A DNA stretch of 64,000 nucleotides from a virus. The position numbers were made by a program, and so were the translations under genes. Position 1 is the first letter of the stretch; each line of letters begins with the position of its first letter. The DNA is taken from the IMG/VR virus record IMGVR_UViG_3300050821_004652, positions 5,085 through 69,084 of that record; one strand, written 5' to 3'. This document shows positions 63,246 through 64,000 of the stretch, in pieces. The notes beneath the pieces are model-generated. The model searched no databases. It saw nothing but the letters and a program-made list of their open reading frames with translations, and was not told the origin of the DNA.

Positions 63246-63712
63246 TTGGACGGCTCCTCGACCCCGAGCTCCCGAAGACGCGCCAGCGCCAGGACACGCC
63301 CGGTTTCCAGCATCGCCTTCCCGATCGCCGGGAACGTATCCAATATCACCGGGAAAACCCCGTCCTCCTCAAGCTCCTGATCGACCTGCGCGTCGATATC
63401 CTTCAGCATCTCCAGCAGATCGGCCGCCTCGCAGATCTCCGCCGCCTTCATCTTGATAGCCGCCATTTGCCCGCCTCCCTGTCCCAAGGTGTCGATGATC
63501 ACCGGCCACGCGCAACTGTCGTTCCTGTCCACGGGAAGCCCCCTGAACCACCGGGACGCCCAATCCGGATCGCGCCAACCTCGCGCCTTCAGAAGCGCCA
63601 CATATTCCGCCAGATGCTGCCCGTTCATCGCGACCCGCATCCGGGCGATCACATCGCGCGGCAAAAGATTGACCTGTTGGCTCAGCCCGACCAGCCACTC
63701 CGGCACGCTCAT
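63242..63712 (-). CDS. Hypothetical protein ending in LxxLGVxE family copy C (alternative start 63466)
   Basis: Ends LARLRELGVEEPSK; internal GGAGG RBS. Confidence 0.55.
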   Translation of the reverse strand: MSVPEWLVGLSQQVNLLPRDVIARMRVAMNGQHLAEYVALLKARGWRDPDWASRWFRGLPVDRNDSCAWPVIIDTLGQGGGQMAAIKMKAAEICEAADLLEMLKDIDAQVDQELEEDGVFPVILDTFPAIGKAMLETGRVLALARLRELGVEEPSK

Positions 63713-63900
63713 TTCCCCGCCTCTCGAAACTTCTGCCCGACCATCGTCAGATGGTTCGCCACCGGCGATCCTCGCGGCACCATCATCAGCGGAACCAGCA
63801 CCGAGACCGGCAAGCCCAATTCCGTCGTGCCGTTCCACACCCGGCACTCCACGCCCTCGAACAGCGCAATCTCGCCGGTGCTCTCGATCATCAGCCTCAT
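63709..63900 (-). CDS. Hypothetical protein
   Basis: MRLMIEST...CRVWNGTT..G. Confidence 0.6.
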   Translation of the reverse strand: MRLMIESTGEIALFEGVECRVWNGTTELGLPVSVLVPLMMVPRGSPVANHLTMVGQKFREAGK

Positions 63901-64000
63901 TTCAACCCCCGCTCGATCAGCGCCCGAATCGCCGCCGCCGTCGACCGCAAACCCTCCTCCCGACGAAACTCCTCAATCCGAACCTCCAGCACCGCCGCCG
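63897..64000 (-). CDS. RHH-like protein, 5'-truncated
   Basis: ...RIEEFRREEGLRSTAAAIRALIERGLK*. Confidence 0.5.
   Translation of the reverse strand, partial: AAVLEVRIEEFRREEGLRSTAAAIRALIERGLK

Larger units (their letters stand above)
1..64000. mobile_element. Tailed phage genome segment (podovirus-like, epsilon15/BPP-1-type head and tail module)
   Basis: Terminase, portal, scaffold, capsid, adaptor, nozzle, ejection and lysis genes in canonical order; no host housekeeping genes. Confidence 0.95.

Noticed and set aside
1-64000. Diversity-generating retroelement, expected given the BPP-1-like head genes
   Set aside because: No reverse transcriptase (YxDD) ORF and no TR/VR pair differing at adenines seen
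1-64000. CRISPR array, tRNA, rRNA, integrase, DNA/RNA polymerase
   Set aside because: No regularly spaced repeats, cloverleafs or catalytic motifs recognised by eye

Overview
The whole window reads as one GC-rich tailed-phage genome segment. It is probably close to complete, with both ends falling inside small genes. The host is probably an alphaproteobacterium (inferred from the GapR-like, spanin and small Cys-rich gene families). The morphogenesis module is podovirus-like, of the epsilon15/BPP-1 type, on the - strand (about 18.5-56 kb): terminase, portal, scaffold, major capsid, cement and staple proteins, three tandem tail-adaptor paralogues, nozzle, ejection proteins and a lysis cassette. 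It is combined with a lambdoid-style replication/recombination module (initiator-like protein, RuvC-like, Bet, NinB) and two arrays of small early/accessory genes at the ends. I saw no DNA or RNA polymerase, integrase, tRNA, CRISPR array or reverse transcriptase. Most notable observations: (1) four small proteins share a peptide with the scaffold C-terminus (RxK[ML]YxxPRS vs RRDLIYNHPSS), suggesting a capsid cargo-loading system; (2) a ~400-nt highly structured non-coding element lies antisense within the replication operon; (3) a papain-like protease and a lipoprotein in the lysis cassette share a C-terminal tag; (4) several virion-like proteins carry signal peptides; (5) an Acb2/Tad1-like anti-defence gene sits next to a partner gene; (6) long intergenic hairpins punctuate the early region. 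All family calls come from recognising motifs by eye and have not been checked by database search.
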